A stretch of DNA of 64,000 nucleotides from an uncultured Verrucomicrobiae bacterium (GCA_963788655.1 CAWBHS010000057.1:96001-160000); one strand, 5' to 3'; numbered from the stretch's first letter, positions 18,982 through 29,939 are shown. Notes: generated by a model from the sequence alone, not told the origin. Numbers and translations are program-made.

Positions 18982-20241
18982 ATGACGCGCATCCCCCGCG
19001 ACAAAAGCCCGGACAGCACGCTGGCGCTGCTGCGCGATCCCTATCGGTTCATCTCCAAACGCTGCCAGTGGCATGGTTCGGATATCTTCGAAACCCGGCT
19101 CCTGTTGCGCCGCACGATATGCCTGCGAGGCCGCGAGGCGGCGCGCCTTTTCTACAATCAGGAGCGCTTCGTTCGTCATGGCGCGCCGCCCGGGCGAATT
19201 CAGAAGACGCTCTTTGGCCGAGGCGGCGTTCAAAGTCTGGACGACGGCGCCCATACGCATCGCAAACAGATGTTCATGGCGCTCGTGACGGGGGAACAGG
19301 TGCGCGCCTTGACGGAAATCATGACCGCGGTCTGGCGGCAGACACTGCCTGACTGGGAAGCGCGCGGAACGATTGTCCTTTACGAGGAAACCCGCGAGAT
19401 CCTGACGCGCGCCGTCTGCCGCTGGGCCGGCGTGCCGCTGGAAGAACGCGACGTGGCACGGCGGACGCGAGACTTGACGGCGCTGTTCGACAATGCCGGA
19501 AACATCGGACCGCAGCACTGGTGGGCGCGCTATGCCCGCCGGCGGGCCAATCGGTGGATCGAAGAAGTGGTGGCGCGGATTCGCCGCGGTGAAGTGGAGG
19601 CACCGGCGGCAAGCGCCGTACAGGTCATTGCGCAGCACCGTGATTTAAGCGGCGAGCGGTTGCCGCTCCGCGTGGCGGCAGTCGAGGTATTGAACCTCCT
19701 GCGGCCGACTGTGGCCGTGGCGGTTTATATCACGCTCGCGGCGCACGCACTGCGCACTCAGCCCGAATGCCGGAAGAAATTGGCCGGGGGCGCCAACGGA
19801 TACACGGACAGCTTTGTGCAAGAGGTCCGCCGCTTTTATCCGTTCTTTCCGGCACTCGTGGCGCGGGTGCGACGCGATTTTGAATGGCTCAATTACCCGT
19901 TTCCAAAAGGCAGACGCGTGATGCTGGATCTGTACGGCACCAACCATGATGCACGCCTATGGGATGCCCCGGAAGAATTTCGGCCAGAACGCTTTGATGG
20001 CTGGCGGGGGGATCCGTTCGGCTTCGTGCCGCAAGGCGGCGGTGAGGCAGAGATCCATCATCGATGTCCGGGAGAAGGCATCGCGATGGAATTAACGAAG
20101 ACCGCGGTCCGAATCCTCTTGCAGCACATCACTTATGAGGTGCCGGAACAAGACTTGAAGATTGACTACACCCGCCTCCCCGCGCTGCCCCGGAGTCATT
20201 TTATCCTGACCGAAATCCGGAGCCGTTCGCCTTTACTTTGA
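18982..20241 (+). CDS. Cytochrome P450 CYP152 family fatty-acid peroxygenase
   Basis: LFGRGGVQSLDD, I-helix NLLRPTVA (Arg-Pro of peroxygenases), EVRRFYPF, HRCPGE heme ligand. Confidence 0.93.
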   Translation: MTRIPRDKSPDSTLALLRDPYRFISKRCQWHGSDIFETRLLLRRTICLRGREAARLFYNQERFVRHGAPPGRIQKTLFGRGGVQSLDDGAHTHRKQMFMALVTGEQVRALTEIMTAVWRQTLPDWEARGTIVLYEETREILTRAVCRWAGVPLEERDVARRTRDLTALFDNAGNIGPQHWWARYARRRANRWIEEVVARIRRGEVEAPAASAVQVIAQHRDLSGERLPLRVAAVEVLNLLRPTVAVAVYITLAAHALRTQPECRKKLAGGANGYTDSFVQEVRRFYPFFPALVARVRRDFEWLNYPFPKGRRVMLDLYGTNHDARLWDAPEEFRPERFDGWRGDPFGFVPQGGGEAEIHHRCPGEGIAMELTKTAVRILLQHITYEVPEQDLKIDYTRLPALPRSHFILTEIRSRSPLL

Positions 20242-20316
20242 CCGTTCCAAACCAGGTGCCTTCCCCCCATGCATTAGGCAATAGGCGCGCGGGCTTGAAA
20301 CTAATTCGGGCAATCC

Positions 20317-21599
20317 TCATCCTTCAGCGGAGGCGGGCTGTCCCTGGTGATGCTGGTCTTCGCGAGCTTCCTTGTTTTGAGTTCGGCCAAGCCAGCGCGA
20401 GAACGGCGTGGCGGTAAGGCCATGGAGGACCAGCGAAACGGTAATCACGAGACTGGTCAGCGGCCAGACCAGTTCACTGCCGGTCTTATGATGAGCATAG
20501 GTGGCGTAAAAGAGCGCCGCAATGCCCACGGGGCCAAACCAGCTCAGGAACAGGATTTCCCGCCACGTGTGCAGGCTTTTGTAGAATGGGCGTAACATCA
20601 GAACGGTCGGGATCCGTCTCCCGAACACAATGCACACAGCCGCAAAAACTCCGCCCCAGCCCCACGTCTTCCATTGCTCGATAGGCAACTCCAACCCGAG
20701 CAGAATGAAGATCGGAACGATGAAAAAGCGGTTAATCATTTCCTGTTCCTGTTTCTGTTCCTTTTCTTCGCGCTTGCCGAGAACATGTACGAGAACACTG
20801 CCCCGGTCACGAAGACGCCGAGGATGGCGTTCGCGTTGAGCAAACGGATCACCGCCAGCGCCGTGAGCGAAAGGGCGATTCTAAATCCCCCGTGCGCCGA
20901 CGACTCCATCCATTCCCGCTGCTCCACGAACTTGAACGCGCGGGCAGCCAGAAACCCAAGCATGGCCCCGATCGCAATGCCCATTCCCTGCTCGTGCAAC
21001 AGCGATTGGGTCGCCCACTCGGACCAACCTTTTGCGGGGATTGGGTGCGTCAGCATCATAATCGGCAGCGTGGCGAAAATGAATGCCAGCCCGTCATTCG
21101 CCCCTGATTCGGCGGAGATATTGTAGCGCACTTGATCCGGCAGATTCTTTTCGGCAATCGAGCCGGTAACGATGGGCGTAGAGACCACTGGATCGGTCGG
21201 AGTTACGATCGCGCCGGCCATCAATGAAGTCCAAAAACCGACCTCCCAGAACCAATGCACCAGCGCGCTGGAGATGAACCACATCATGAACATGCCGGCC
21301 AGGAGAATCGTCACCAGCCAATTCCGATTTCGGGCCCAATAGAAGCTCGGCAGCCGCAGCGCGATACCCATCAGACCAATCGCCAAGGTAAACCGCGCGG
21401 CATCCTCCAGCACGCGCATTGGCTCGCCAAAGTTTTCGAGTCGGACCCAACCCAGCACATGCGGTCCGGCCACGAACCCGATAACCAGCGCCAGCAATGG
21501 ATCGCAGAGCCACACGGAGCGCGCGCGGGCGGACACCGCGTTCAGCAGCAGGACGGCGCCGGCGAGCACAGCGACGACTATGAATAGGTTGTTGGGCAT
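20317..21599 (-). CDS. Cation:proton antiporter (CPA1/NhaP/Sod2-like); frameshift at about 20760-20785
   Basis: TPTDPV, AESGANDG and WFGPVGIAA motifs; multiple TM helices split over two ORFs. Confidence 0.88.
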
Positions 21600-21817
21600 A
21601 TGCAGAATCTTGGATTCACGCGCGGACGGATGCGGTCACGCCGCCGCGTATCCTGTCTGACCTCTCCGGAATCGCCGTGCTGTCGCCGTTCATCGTTTTG
21701 CCTGGCCATCGCCGCGACCCCACCGCGTCAGGATCGCTTCCCGATGATAGAATAGGTTTGGTTTCGTCCATCGCATTTTTGTGTTGGCCGCGGCCTGCGG
21801 CATCTTCGGAGCATTCC

Positions 21818-21832
21818 GCAAACACCGTGCCA
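21818..21832 (-). promoter_or_regulatory. Sigma54 -24/-12 promoter upstream of the antiporter
   Basis: Minus strand TGGCACG-GTGT-TTGC, an exact match to the TGGCACG-N4-TTGC consensus. Confidence 0.7.
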
Positions 21833-22048
21833 CCCTCTCCCGAGCCTTGAGTCGCGCCGGAGGCGTAACGATTCAATCAGGACCAGAGACAACAGGAAAT
21901 GATTTGGTATTTTATAAGGACGACGCAAACTCGTCGTCCAGTGACTGCGTCCATGCGCCACCCAAGCCTCTTGCCGAGCGTGCCCCAGCCTCTAGGTTCT
22001 CGGTCGCCTTGGTTCATTGTGGGGGTTCAAAGGATTCCTACTTCAGGC

Positions 22049-23119
22049 TCATTGCGGCTTTTCGTGAAGGATATCTTCCAGATAGAGCGTCTGCACCACG
22101 ACCATGGCGACGACGATCAACGGCGTTGCCCACAACACGCCCCAAATCCCAAAAAGGCTGCCGAGCAGAAGCTGGCCGCTAATCAACAACGCAGGCGGTA
22201 CCGCCACAGTCCGCTTCTGAATGAGTGGCGTGATCAGATTACCTTCCAATGCCTGCGCTACCACATACACAATCAGCGCGTAGAGCACCGTCATCCGTCC
22301 TTGCGTCCACGCCACCAGAAGTCCCGGGATCGCCGCCACGATGGGACCGATGAAGGGCACGAAGGTTAGCAAACCAGCGATCAGTCCCAGGGCCAACGCC
22401 ATGGGCACCCCGGCAATCCACAGCCCCAAACCGGTGAGGGTACCGGTGACCGCCATGGACGCAAAGCGCCCAACAAACCACCACCGCAGCGTGGTCCCCA
22501 GCCGCGCCGCCACCTCGCCATAACGCGCACGTCGTTCGGGGGGCACCAGGCGCAGGGTGTGATGCCGATAGAAGCCGGGATTCACCGCCAGGTAAATCGC
22601 GGTGACCGCCAGGATCAACAAGTTGGTCACGGCACCCAAGGCCGTCGAAAAAATGCTGCGCGTGGAATTCCAAATCGAGCGGAGGCTCAGGCTCGACCCG
22701 CTGCTGCCCTTGAATGCGTCGCCAGAAACCAACGGTCGAGTCCAATCGTTCTGCCGCAGCAATCCCTCCACCTGATTGACTCCTTGCGACGCCCGTTGCG
22801 AGATTTGGTTGAATTGGCTGCTGATGCGGGCGCCCAGCAGCCAGCCAACGGCGACGGGCACACCCAGGCTCAACAGGATAAAAAGCAGCAAGCCGAGCCA
22901 TCGCGGCAGACGGACGTTGCGCGCCAGCCAAACACTGACGCCATCCATCAGCACGGCCAGGACAGTGGCGCCGAAGAGCACCAACAACACGTGCGCAAAG
23001 GTCGGCAACAGCCGCAATGCAATGAGGACCACCACAACGATGGCCCACAAAACGATCGGCCGCTTCAACCAAGAACCGGAACGTGTGCCTTTCTGCTGTG
23101 CCGCGTTGCCCGCCATCAA
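22049..23119 (-). CDS. AI-2E family transporter
   Basis: Polytopic membrane protein; LLTFVPFIGP, QALEGNLITPLIQ, VPPAL, WATPL. Confidence 0.9.
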   Translation of the reverse strand: MMAGNAAQQKGTRSGSWLKRPIVLWAIVVVVLIALRLLPTFAHVLLVLFGATVLAVLMDGVSVWLARNVRLPRWLGLLLFILLSLGVPVAVGWLLGARISSQFNQISQRASQGVNQVEGLLRQNDWTRPLVSGDAFKGSSGSSLSLRSIWNSTRSIFSTALGAVTNLLILAVTAIYLAVNPGFYRHHTLRLVPPERRARYGEVAARLGTTLRWWFVGRFASMAVTGTLTGLGLWIAGVPMALALGLIAGLLTFVPFIGPIVAAIPGLLVAWTQGRMTVLYALIVYVVAQALEGNLITPLIQKRTVAVPPALLISGQLLLGSLFGIWGVLWATPLIVVAMVVVQTLYLEDILHEKPQ

Positions 23120-23123
23120 ACCA

Positions 23124-24124
23124 TCACTTCCTTGATTTGGCCGCCAGTCCTACAGCGGCGCCCAGGGCACCCAATCCCGTCCACAACCAACCGCGGTTCT
23201 TGGTCAGCCAAAGCTGACGGCTTCGCGGCCGCGCCATTTGGTCGAAGGCGCCGTGGGCGCCATGATCCCCTGGCAACGGTTCGATCAAATTGTCCGCGCG
23301 GTCCGGTTCGACCGGTTGACCGCGGAGCTGGCTTTGGTACCCGTGGCGGCCCAGATACCGGTCCAGCAGCCGGGGCGCGAAACGATTGGCCCAAATCGTC
23401 GCCACCGAGGACGCCCCCACAAAGATCTCATTCCGTTTGTGGCGCGAGGCGAAGACGATCGCATCGGCGGCCACCTCGGGCTGATAAATGGGGGGGACCG
23501 GCTGCGCTTTGCGCGGCAGCCGATTGCGCACCCAGCCGAACTGCGGGGTGTTCAACGCCGGCATCTGGACCATGCAAATGCGAAGCTGACTCCGGTCGTG
23601 CATCAATTCGCAGCGGACCGACTCGGTGAATCCTTGAATGGCATGTTTGCAGGCGCAGTAAGCGGACTGGAGGGGAATGCCCCGGTAGGCCAGCGCGGAA
23701 CCGACCTGCACCACCACGCCGGTATTGCGCGGCCGCATCCGACGCAAGGCCGCCAGCGTGCCCCAAACGAATCCCAGATATGTCACGTCGGTGACGCGTT
23801 TGTATTCCGCGGGCGTCATTTCGATCGCCGGCGAAAACACGGTGACCATGGCGTTGTTCACCCACACATCAATCGGCCCCAGTTCGCGTTCAGCGGCTTC
23901 GGCAGCGGCTTCCACCTGATCCGGATCCGCCACGTCCGCCGGATGAACGAGGGCCCGGCCGCCAATCGCTTCGACTTCGCGCTTGGCCTGTTCAAGTCCT
24001 TCTTGGCCGCGCGCGATCAGGCAAATGTTGGCGTGCTCGCGGGCGAAGGCCCGGGCGGTCGCGCGTCCGACTCCGGCCGAGGCGCCAGTGATGACAATCG
24101 TTCTTGCGGGTGGTTGGTGCTCAT
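23124..24124 (-). CDS. SDR oxidoreductase; 1-base deletion near 24101
   Basis: MSTNHPQ(E)|TIVITGASAGVGRATA...WVNNA...YCACK; the frame is continuous with ORF 23124-23933. Confidence 0.88.
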
Positions 24125-24211
24125 TTTAATTCAACTTTTGATAGAGAGGAGACTTCGTTCAACGGTTTGCCATTGGCAGTGAATTCCGAAAAATCCCGCA
24201 CTATCCCTTCA

Positions 24212-24226
24212 GCCTAGTCTGTGCCA
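24212..24226 (-). promoter_or_regulatory. Putative sigma54 promoter for SDR-AI-2E
   Basis: Minus strand TGGCAC-AGACT-AGGC(T). Confidence 0.65.
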
Positions 24227-24303
24227 GCGAGTTCTGATCGTCCCAGTCCACTGTTTTACTGTTGTATTTGGTTCTCACCAATGGATGAGAATTCCTGCTG
24301 GTC

Positions 24304-24346
24304 TGCAAATTGCCATTGAACGGGTGCTGGCACCTTGCAGAACGCA
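24304..24346. promoter_or_regulatory. Tandem TGCA-N3-TGCA-like palindromes
   Basis: TGCAAATTGCC (24304) and TGCAGAACGCA (24336), 32 bp apart. Confidence 0.55.
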
Positions 24347-24406
24347 ACGGCAAAACGAGCGGTGATTGCGCTTCTATTTATCCTGCTGACGCTAATTTCA
24401 TGCTTG

Positions 24407-26143
24407 CTAGAACCTCAGCTCAGCCGCGCATTCGAGCATCAGGGCATGCACAAAGGCTTGCGGCAGGTTCCCGCGCAATTCTCTTTGGACCACATCATAT
24501 TCTTCGGCGAACAGCCCGGGCGGGCCGCACGCCGTCCGGGCCCGTTCGAACCAGCGGGCCGCCTCCGTCCATCGTCCGAGTTGCGCATACGCCAGCGCCA
24601 TCCAATATCCGCAGATCGTGAAGGCACCCTCGCTTTCACTGAGCGGCAGGCTGGAACGGAACCGATAACAATACCCGTCCTGAACCAGCTCCTGCTCGAT
24701 GGCGCGAAGGGTCGCCAGGTGACGCGGATCCTGCGGTTCAACTGCTCCTCGCAAGGCCGGTAACAACAGCGAGGCATCCACGCGTTCATCCTCCGCTGAA
24801 CGCTGCCAGCGCCCGGTCGGATGCAATGCATGGGCGTCCGTCTCCGCCACGATGGCGTCCGCCAGAGCCGTCCAGCGGGCGGCAACCGGCGGTGGCGCTG
24901 CCCCCTTGGCGAGGCTACGTAGGCCCGCCACACAAATCAGGCGGCTATGGGTCCAGCAGCGGTCCTCAACTTCCCAAATGCCGGAGCCCGGTTCATGCCA
25001 CCGCTGCTCGATGGCGGCAACAGCAAGCTCCGCCGCCCGCCAATCTTCCGCGTCGAAACAGCCGGCTCGGGCGGCGGCGGCAAATAGCAACAACGCTTCC
25101 GCCAGCGCATCGAGTTGAAATTGTTTTCCCGCCCGGTTGCCAATGATCACCTGGTCGCCTCCCGCATAACCAAGCAGATGATCCAGCTTGGATTCATCTG
25201 GCACTTTGCCACCGGCGGTGGTGTACGCCGGCCGCAAGTGGGGCCCATCCTCCAGTAGCCGCGCACGGACGAACTGAACGAACTGGCGCAGTAGCGGCTT
25301 TGCTCCCACTGCTGCAGCGGCCTGACCGGCGTAGCATTGATCGCGAATCCACACATAGCGGTAATCGTAATTCCGGCCGGAGTTGGCGCGCTCAGGCAGC
25401 GAGGTCGTGGCCGCCGCCACCAATCCGCCCCTGGAGGTCGTCAGTCCGCGCAGCACGGCGCAGGCATGTCTCGCGTCGCGTTCGGCTACACTGATGCGCA
25501 GATCGGTAACCGCTTCCTGCCAGCCCTTTTCGGTTCTGGCCCACAACGCCCCAGCGTCCGGTGGCGGGTCATGAAAAGGTTGCCGGGACATTTCCAGCAC
25601 GAGGTCGTAGCATTGCCCTTCATTGACGTTCAACTCGAGTGCCAGTCCGCCTTCCTTCCGCTTTCGGGCATGGTCCCCACCGTTCCAACGCACGTGAAAC
25701 GCGCCGGTGCGCGCCGTCCAAATCCCGTGATCGCAATGCTGCAGATGCCGCAGCGGTTGGCGGCCAAAGTCCGCCCGTGGATCCAGCGCCACGCGAACGT
25801 GGGCCTGTCCTTTTCGCGCGAGCACCCGCCGCAACAGGATGACGCGTTCGGGATCAGCCGGAAACGCCAACGCTTCCCGGCACTCGATTTCTCCTCCGCC
25901 AACCAACACCCACCGGCTTCGCCAGATGAGCGATCCCGCCTCGTAATAGCCGCCCCAAACGAATTCCTCGATGGGCGTCACGGCATAAGCGCCGGCGCCG
26001 CCCAGCAGCGACGTGAAGACCGCCTCGCCGTCCCAGGACGGGAGGCACATCCACACCATCTCCCCTGCCGGACCGACCAGCGCACCACGCTCCCCGTCCG
26101 CAATCAATGCGAACAGTCTAAGAATCGGCAGCATGAGGATCAC
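24407..26143 (-). CDS. Glycoside hydrolase family 15 (trehalase/glucoamylase-like)
   Basis: AAATTSLPE, YDYRYVWIRD, GIWE, EGAFTICGYW, LFAEE, GNLPQAFVH. Confidence 0.93.
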   Translation of the reverse strand: MILMLPILRLFALIADGERGALVGPAGEMVWMCLPSWDGEAVFTSLLGGAGAYAVTPIEEFVWGGYYEAGSLIWRSRWVLVGGGEIECREALAFPADPERVILLRRVLARKGQAHVRVALDPRADFGRQPLRHLQHCDHGIWTARTGAFHVRWNGGDHARKRKEGGLALELNVNEGQCYDLVLEMSRQPFHDPPPDAGALWARTEKGWQEAVTDLRISVAERDARHACAVLRGLTTSRGGLVAAATTSLPERANSGRNYDYRYVWIRDQCYAGQAAAAVGAKPLLRQFVQFVRARLLEDGPHLRPAYTTAGGKVPDESKLDHLLGYAGGDQVIIGNRAGKQFQLDALAEALLLFAAAARAGCFDAEDWRAAELAVAAIEQRWHEPGSGIWEVEDRCWTHSRLICVAGLRSLAKGAAPPPVAARWTALADAIVAETDAHALHPTGRWQRSAEDERVDASLLLPALRGAVEPQDPRHLATLRAIEQELVQDGYCYRFRSSLPLSESEGAFTICGYWMALAYAQLGRWTEAARWFERARTACGPPGLFAEEYDVVQRELRGNLPQAFVHALMLECAAELRF

Positions 26144-26409
26144 CTGTGGCGGCAGACGGCTCGTCGCGCGAGAAGCGCTGCCAGTCGGAAGATAGATTTT
26201 TCTTTGTCATCAAAAATACTTTCCCATTCGTCCGCGGATGCAAGACCGCAGGTTTTACGCCGACCTTGTTGAAGTCGTGCCTTCGCGCGCTGCAGGTTCG
26301 CGCATCCTTGCCGGGACTTCCGCTTCGCGAGTCTTTTGGTCAAGCCGAGCGTTTCTGGGATCATCACCGAGAGAGACAAGTCCCTCTGAAGCTATCCTCG
26401 CACCTTCAC

Positions 26410-26453
26410 TGCAATTTGCCTGATTCCCAGCCTGGTCCGGGTTGCAGATTGCC
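26410..26453. promoter_or_regulatory. Tandem TGCA-N3-TGCC palindromes
   Basis: TGCAATTTGCC (26410) and TGCAGATTGCC (26443), 33 bp apart. Confidence 0.55.
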
Positions 26454-26562
26454 ATGATGCTCGCCCGCCAGTGCGCCGGGGCGGATTGCTCCGGCTCTTC
26501 AATCCGCGAATTTTCGCGGCGAACTGAAGGCGAGAACGCACAATTCATAGGCCGCAGCCCGA

Positions 26563-26577
26563 TGGCATGCAGCAGGC
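26563..26577 (+). promoter_or_regulatory. Putative sigma54 promoter for tandem DUF892 gene
   Basis: TGGCAT-GCAGC-AGGC(T). Confidence 0.6.
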
Positions 26578-26592
26578 TAACTGAGACGACCA

Positions 26593-27562
26593 ATGGCACG
26601 AAACCATCGAGAAGAGCTGGTTCACTTTCTGAGTGATCTTTATTCGATTGAACTGCAGGCCCTCGCGCAACTGGTCACCGCGCCCGACATGGCCGGCGAT
26701 CCAGGCGTGGCTGCGGATTTCCGCATCCACTGCGCCGAGACTGAACGGCAGGCCGAACAGGTCCGGGCGCGTCTTGAAGCTCTGGGCGGTTCGCCGTCGA
26801 AGATCAAGGACGCCGTGATGCAACTCGGCGGCAAGGGCTTTCTGCTGTTTGCCCAGCTCCAAAACCAAACTCCCGGGCGGCTGGTGGCCCATGCTTACTG
26901 GTACGAAGCGATGGAATGGGCCGGATACGCAGTTCTGGCTCGCACGGCGGAACTGGCCGACGATCCGGAGACGGTCGAGGTTGCCCGGTCCATCCAGGCC
27001 GAGGAACGCACGATGATGGAGCGGTTGGAGCGGGACTTCGACGCCGTCGAGACTGCGGCCCTTGGCGATGTGGCGCCCAGCGATTTGCCCACTCACATCC
27101 GGAACCATTTGGCGGCCGGCCACGCGTTAAACGTCCAGAGCGCCAAGCTCCTTCAGAAGGGAGCCGATGGGACCGCAAGCACCGAGCTGGCTCAGCTCTT
27201 CAAGCAACCCGCGCTGGACACCGCTCATCAACTCACCCGGATCGAGGAGCGTCTCGACAGGCTCGGCGCCAGCAGGTCGGCGATTGAGGACGCCGCCATG
27301 AAGCTCGGCGCGCTGAACTGGAGCGCGTTCTTCCGCGCACAGCGTGACACACCCTTCAAGTATCTTGCTTTCAGCTACGCGGTCGAACATCTGGTCATTG
27401 CCGGATTTCGAGCTCCTGCAGCGGACCGCGCAGCGGGCGGGTGACACGGCCACGGCAGGACTGTGCCAACAGCTCATCGCCGGTAAACGGTCCATCGCCC
27501 AGCAATTGGCCGACGGCGTGGACTTGGCCGTCAGGACAACGCTCGTCGAATTGCAGACTTAA
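26593..27562 (+). CDS. Tandem ferritin-like (DUF892/YciF-like) protein; frameshift near 27407
   Basis: Two repeats of LSDLYSIE...H..ET..Q...RLEALG.SPS.IKD / RLDRLGASRSAIED...AVEHLVIAG|FELLQRTA. Confidence 0.8.
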
Positions 27563-27679
27563 TCCGCCATTTTGCCACGTCCCGCCAACGCGTGCGAAGC
27601 GCGGGCGGCTGCTCAAATTGCACATTGTTCGACAGCTGCTCCTTCGAAAACGACAGATCACAACACCGACAGGCCAGAA

Positions 27680-28273
27680 ATGAGAAGAGTATTCATCATC
27701 GCTGGATTGGTTCTGCTGACGGCAACGCCGGTCTTTGCCTTGGGTGATACGCCTGACGCTCGAGACTATCCTGGACCGGCGTGGTCGCCCTACGTGGTCG
27801 GTGGCCTGATTGGAGTTTTGACTTGGTTCACCCTGCTGTTCTCGAGCAAACCCATAGGTGCTTCGTCGGCATTCGCGACGGCCGCCGGATTGATCGGGAG
27901 AGCGGTGGCTCCCCGATACACAAAGAGGCTGAAGTATTACCAGGACAACCCGCCAAAGTTGGACTGGGGGCTAGTCTTTATTGGAGCCACGGTGGTGGGA
28001 GCTTTTCTGGCAGCGTGGCATGGGGGCGAACTTACCCAACGGTGGCTCCCGTCGTTTTGGGAAGACCGTTTTGGTGAAGGCAGCATCCGGTTGCGCGCCA
28101 GCGTGGCCTTCCTGGGCGGCGCCCTAATGGCCTTGGGCGCGCGCATGGCTGGCGGCTGCACCAGCGGCCACGGCATCAGCGGAACGCTGCAACTGAACGT
28201 CGCCTCCTGGATTGCTCTGCTCTGCTTCTTCGCGGGCGGCGCACTCGTCGCCAACCTCATGTATCGACTCTAA
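27680..28273 (+). CDS. YeeE/YedE family sulfur-compound transporter subunit
   Basis: WSPYVVGGLIG, GARMAGGCTSGHGISG. Confidence 0.9.
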   Translation: MRRVFIIAGLVLLTATPVFALGDTPDARDYPGPAWSPYVVGGLIGVLTWFTLLFSSKPIGASSAFATAAGLIGRAVAPRYTKRLKYYQDNPPKLDWGLVFIGATVVGAFLAAWHGGELTQRWLPSFWEDRFGEGSIRLRASVAFLGGALMALGARMAGGCTSGHGISGTLQLNVASWIALLCFFAGGALVANLMYRL

Positions 28274-28276
28274 ACG

Positions 28277-28870
28277 ATGAGGGACAAGCGTATGCCTGAA
28301 AACCAGAACTCATCCCCACCGCGAAATCGGCCGTCTGCCTGGCGAACCTACGGCTTGGCGGTACTGTTCGGTCTGGTGTTTGGGTTCCTGCTGCAAAAGG
28401 GCGGGGTGGCGAAATACCACGTGCTGGTCGGCGTTTTGTTATTCCAGGATTTCACTGTCATCAAAGTCATGCTCTCGGCCATCGTCGTCGGGATGCTCGG
28501 CGTCTTTGCATTGCGGAGCCTGGGCCTGGTGGAATTGAAAGTCAAAACCACCCGGCTGGGAGAGCAGATTCTGGGCGGTTTGATCTTCGGATTTGGCTTT
28601 GCCGCCAGCGGCTATTGCCCGGGCACTGGGGCAGCCGCCTTGGGTCAAAATAACTGGGATGCCATCTTTACCATACTCGGCATGATAGCCGGTTCGTACG
28701 GATTTGCCATGGTTTCCGCCGCATTGTCCCGCACGGTCCACCATTGGGGAAACCGCGGCCCGCTTCGATTGCCGGACTTGTTTCACGTCCGGCTGACGCC
28801 CTTTGTGATCGTGTTCGGGCTGTTGTTGATCGGCGGGCTTTGGCTGCTCGAGTATCTCACAGTCCGCTAA
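28277..28870 (+). CDS. YeeE/YedE family transporter subunit (DUF6691-like)
   Basis: GLVFGFLLQKGG, GGLIFGFGFAASGYCPGT. Confidence 0.9.
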   Translation: MRDKRMPENQNSSPPRNRPSAWRTYGLAVLFGLVFGFLLQKGGVAKYHVLVGVLLFQDFTVIKVMLSAIVVGMLGVFALRSLGLVELKVKTTRLGEQILGGLIFGFGFAASGYCPGTGAAALGQNNWDAIFTILGMIAGSYGFAMVSAALSRTVHHWGNRGPLRLPDLFHVRLTPFVIVFGLLLIGGLWLLEYLTVR

Positions 28871-28919
28871 CTTTGTTCGCTCGATACATCCACGCGATGA
28901 GTCATCGGAACTGCATTCA

Positions 28920-29939
28920 TCATCCGTGGCGCGATGGAGCATGATCAATCTCCAGGGGCTTCTTAAAGGTGAGGGTGCGATACGGGAACGGAATCTCTAT
29001 GCCCGCCTCATCCAGTGCCCGTTTGACCACGGTAACCACTTCATCTTTGGACTGCCGGATGTCCACTGGCCGAGGGCCCGTCCACCAGGTCACCTCGAAA
29101 TTGATGCTGCTATCGGCAAATTCGCAGGCAAATACTTGAATCGGCTTTTCATCCGACACGGTTTCGCAGGCTTTCACCGCCTTTTCGATGACGGCGCGAG
29201 ATTGATCCACGTCCTCGCCGTAAGCCACCCCGGCAATGATCGTCGCGCGCCGCAGCTTCTCGTCAGTCAGGATCTGAACCGGATTCTTGAAGATGGTGGA
29301 GTTGGGCACCACCACCAGCTCTCCGGATGTCCGGCGAATAAACGTATTCCGAATGGTGACCTCGACCAGGCTTCCCTCGATGTCCTGGCAACAGATGTAA
29401 TCGCCGTTCTCAAACGGGAACCGCCACAAGATCAGGATGCCGGCGAAGAAATTCTCGAAGATATCCTTGAAGGCAAAACCAATGGCGACGGAGCCCAGCC
29501 CCAAACCCGCCAGTGCTTTGCTCGGCGTCAAATTCGGGAAGATGATGGTGAGCGTGGTCAAAATTCCCAACAACCAGATCAGGATGATCAAGAACCGCGA
29601 GATCAGTGTCCGTTGGGATTGCTTAAGCCGAAAGTGCTTGAGCAATCCTCCAGCGAATCTCGAGCACAATTTGGCCACCCCAATGGTCAGGACAAGAATG
29701 ATAATGCCGCCAACGATCCTTGGGACATCGCTCAGGAAACCGTTCCACAGGTGGATCACCGAGTCCCAGATTTTTTGGAAAGAACTCTGACCCGATTGAC
29801 TGCCCGTGTCGGCAGCCGCAGCCAGAATAGTGTTCATAAAGGCCATCGAAGGGCAGACGCCTGCACCAATTGGCTGCCGGCTTTCGTGAGCGGCCGTGGC
29901 CTCGGTCGTTGTCGTGGTCGCCTGTTCCCTTGCCGTCAT
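28920..29939 (-). CDS. Small-conductance mechanosensitive channel (MscS family)
   Basis: AIGFAFKDIFENFFAG, VVVPNS, FADSSINF, IEIPFP. The ATG at 29939 overlaps the upstream stop (ATGA); start uncertain. Confidence 0.9.
   Translation of the reverse strand: MTAREQATTTTTEATAAHESRQPIGAGVCPSMAFMNTILAAAADTGSQSGQSSFQKIWDSVIHLWNGFLSDVPRIVGGIIILVLTIGVAKLCSRFAGGLLKHFRLKQSQRTLISRFLIILIWLLGILTTLTIIFPNLTPSKALAGLGLGSVAIGFAFKDIFENFFAGILILWRFPFENGDYICCQDIEGSLVEVTIRNTFIRRTSGELVVVPNSTIFKNPVQILTDEKLRRATIIAGVAYGEDVDQSRAVIEKAVKACETVSDEKPIQVFACEFADSSINFEVTWWTGPRPVDIRQSKDEVVTVVKRALDEAGIEIPFPYRTLTFKKPLEIDHAPSRHG

Noticed and set aside
26160..26400. Sigma54 promoter for the GH15 gene
   Set aside because: The best candidate, TGGCAGCGCTTCTCGC, has GG-N11-GC spacing, off by one.
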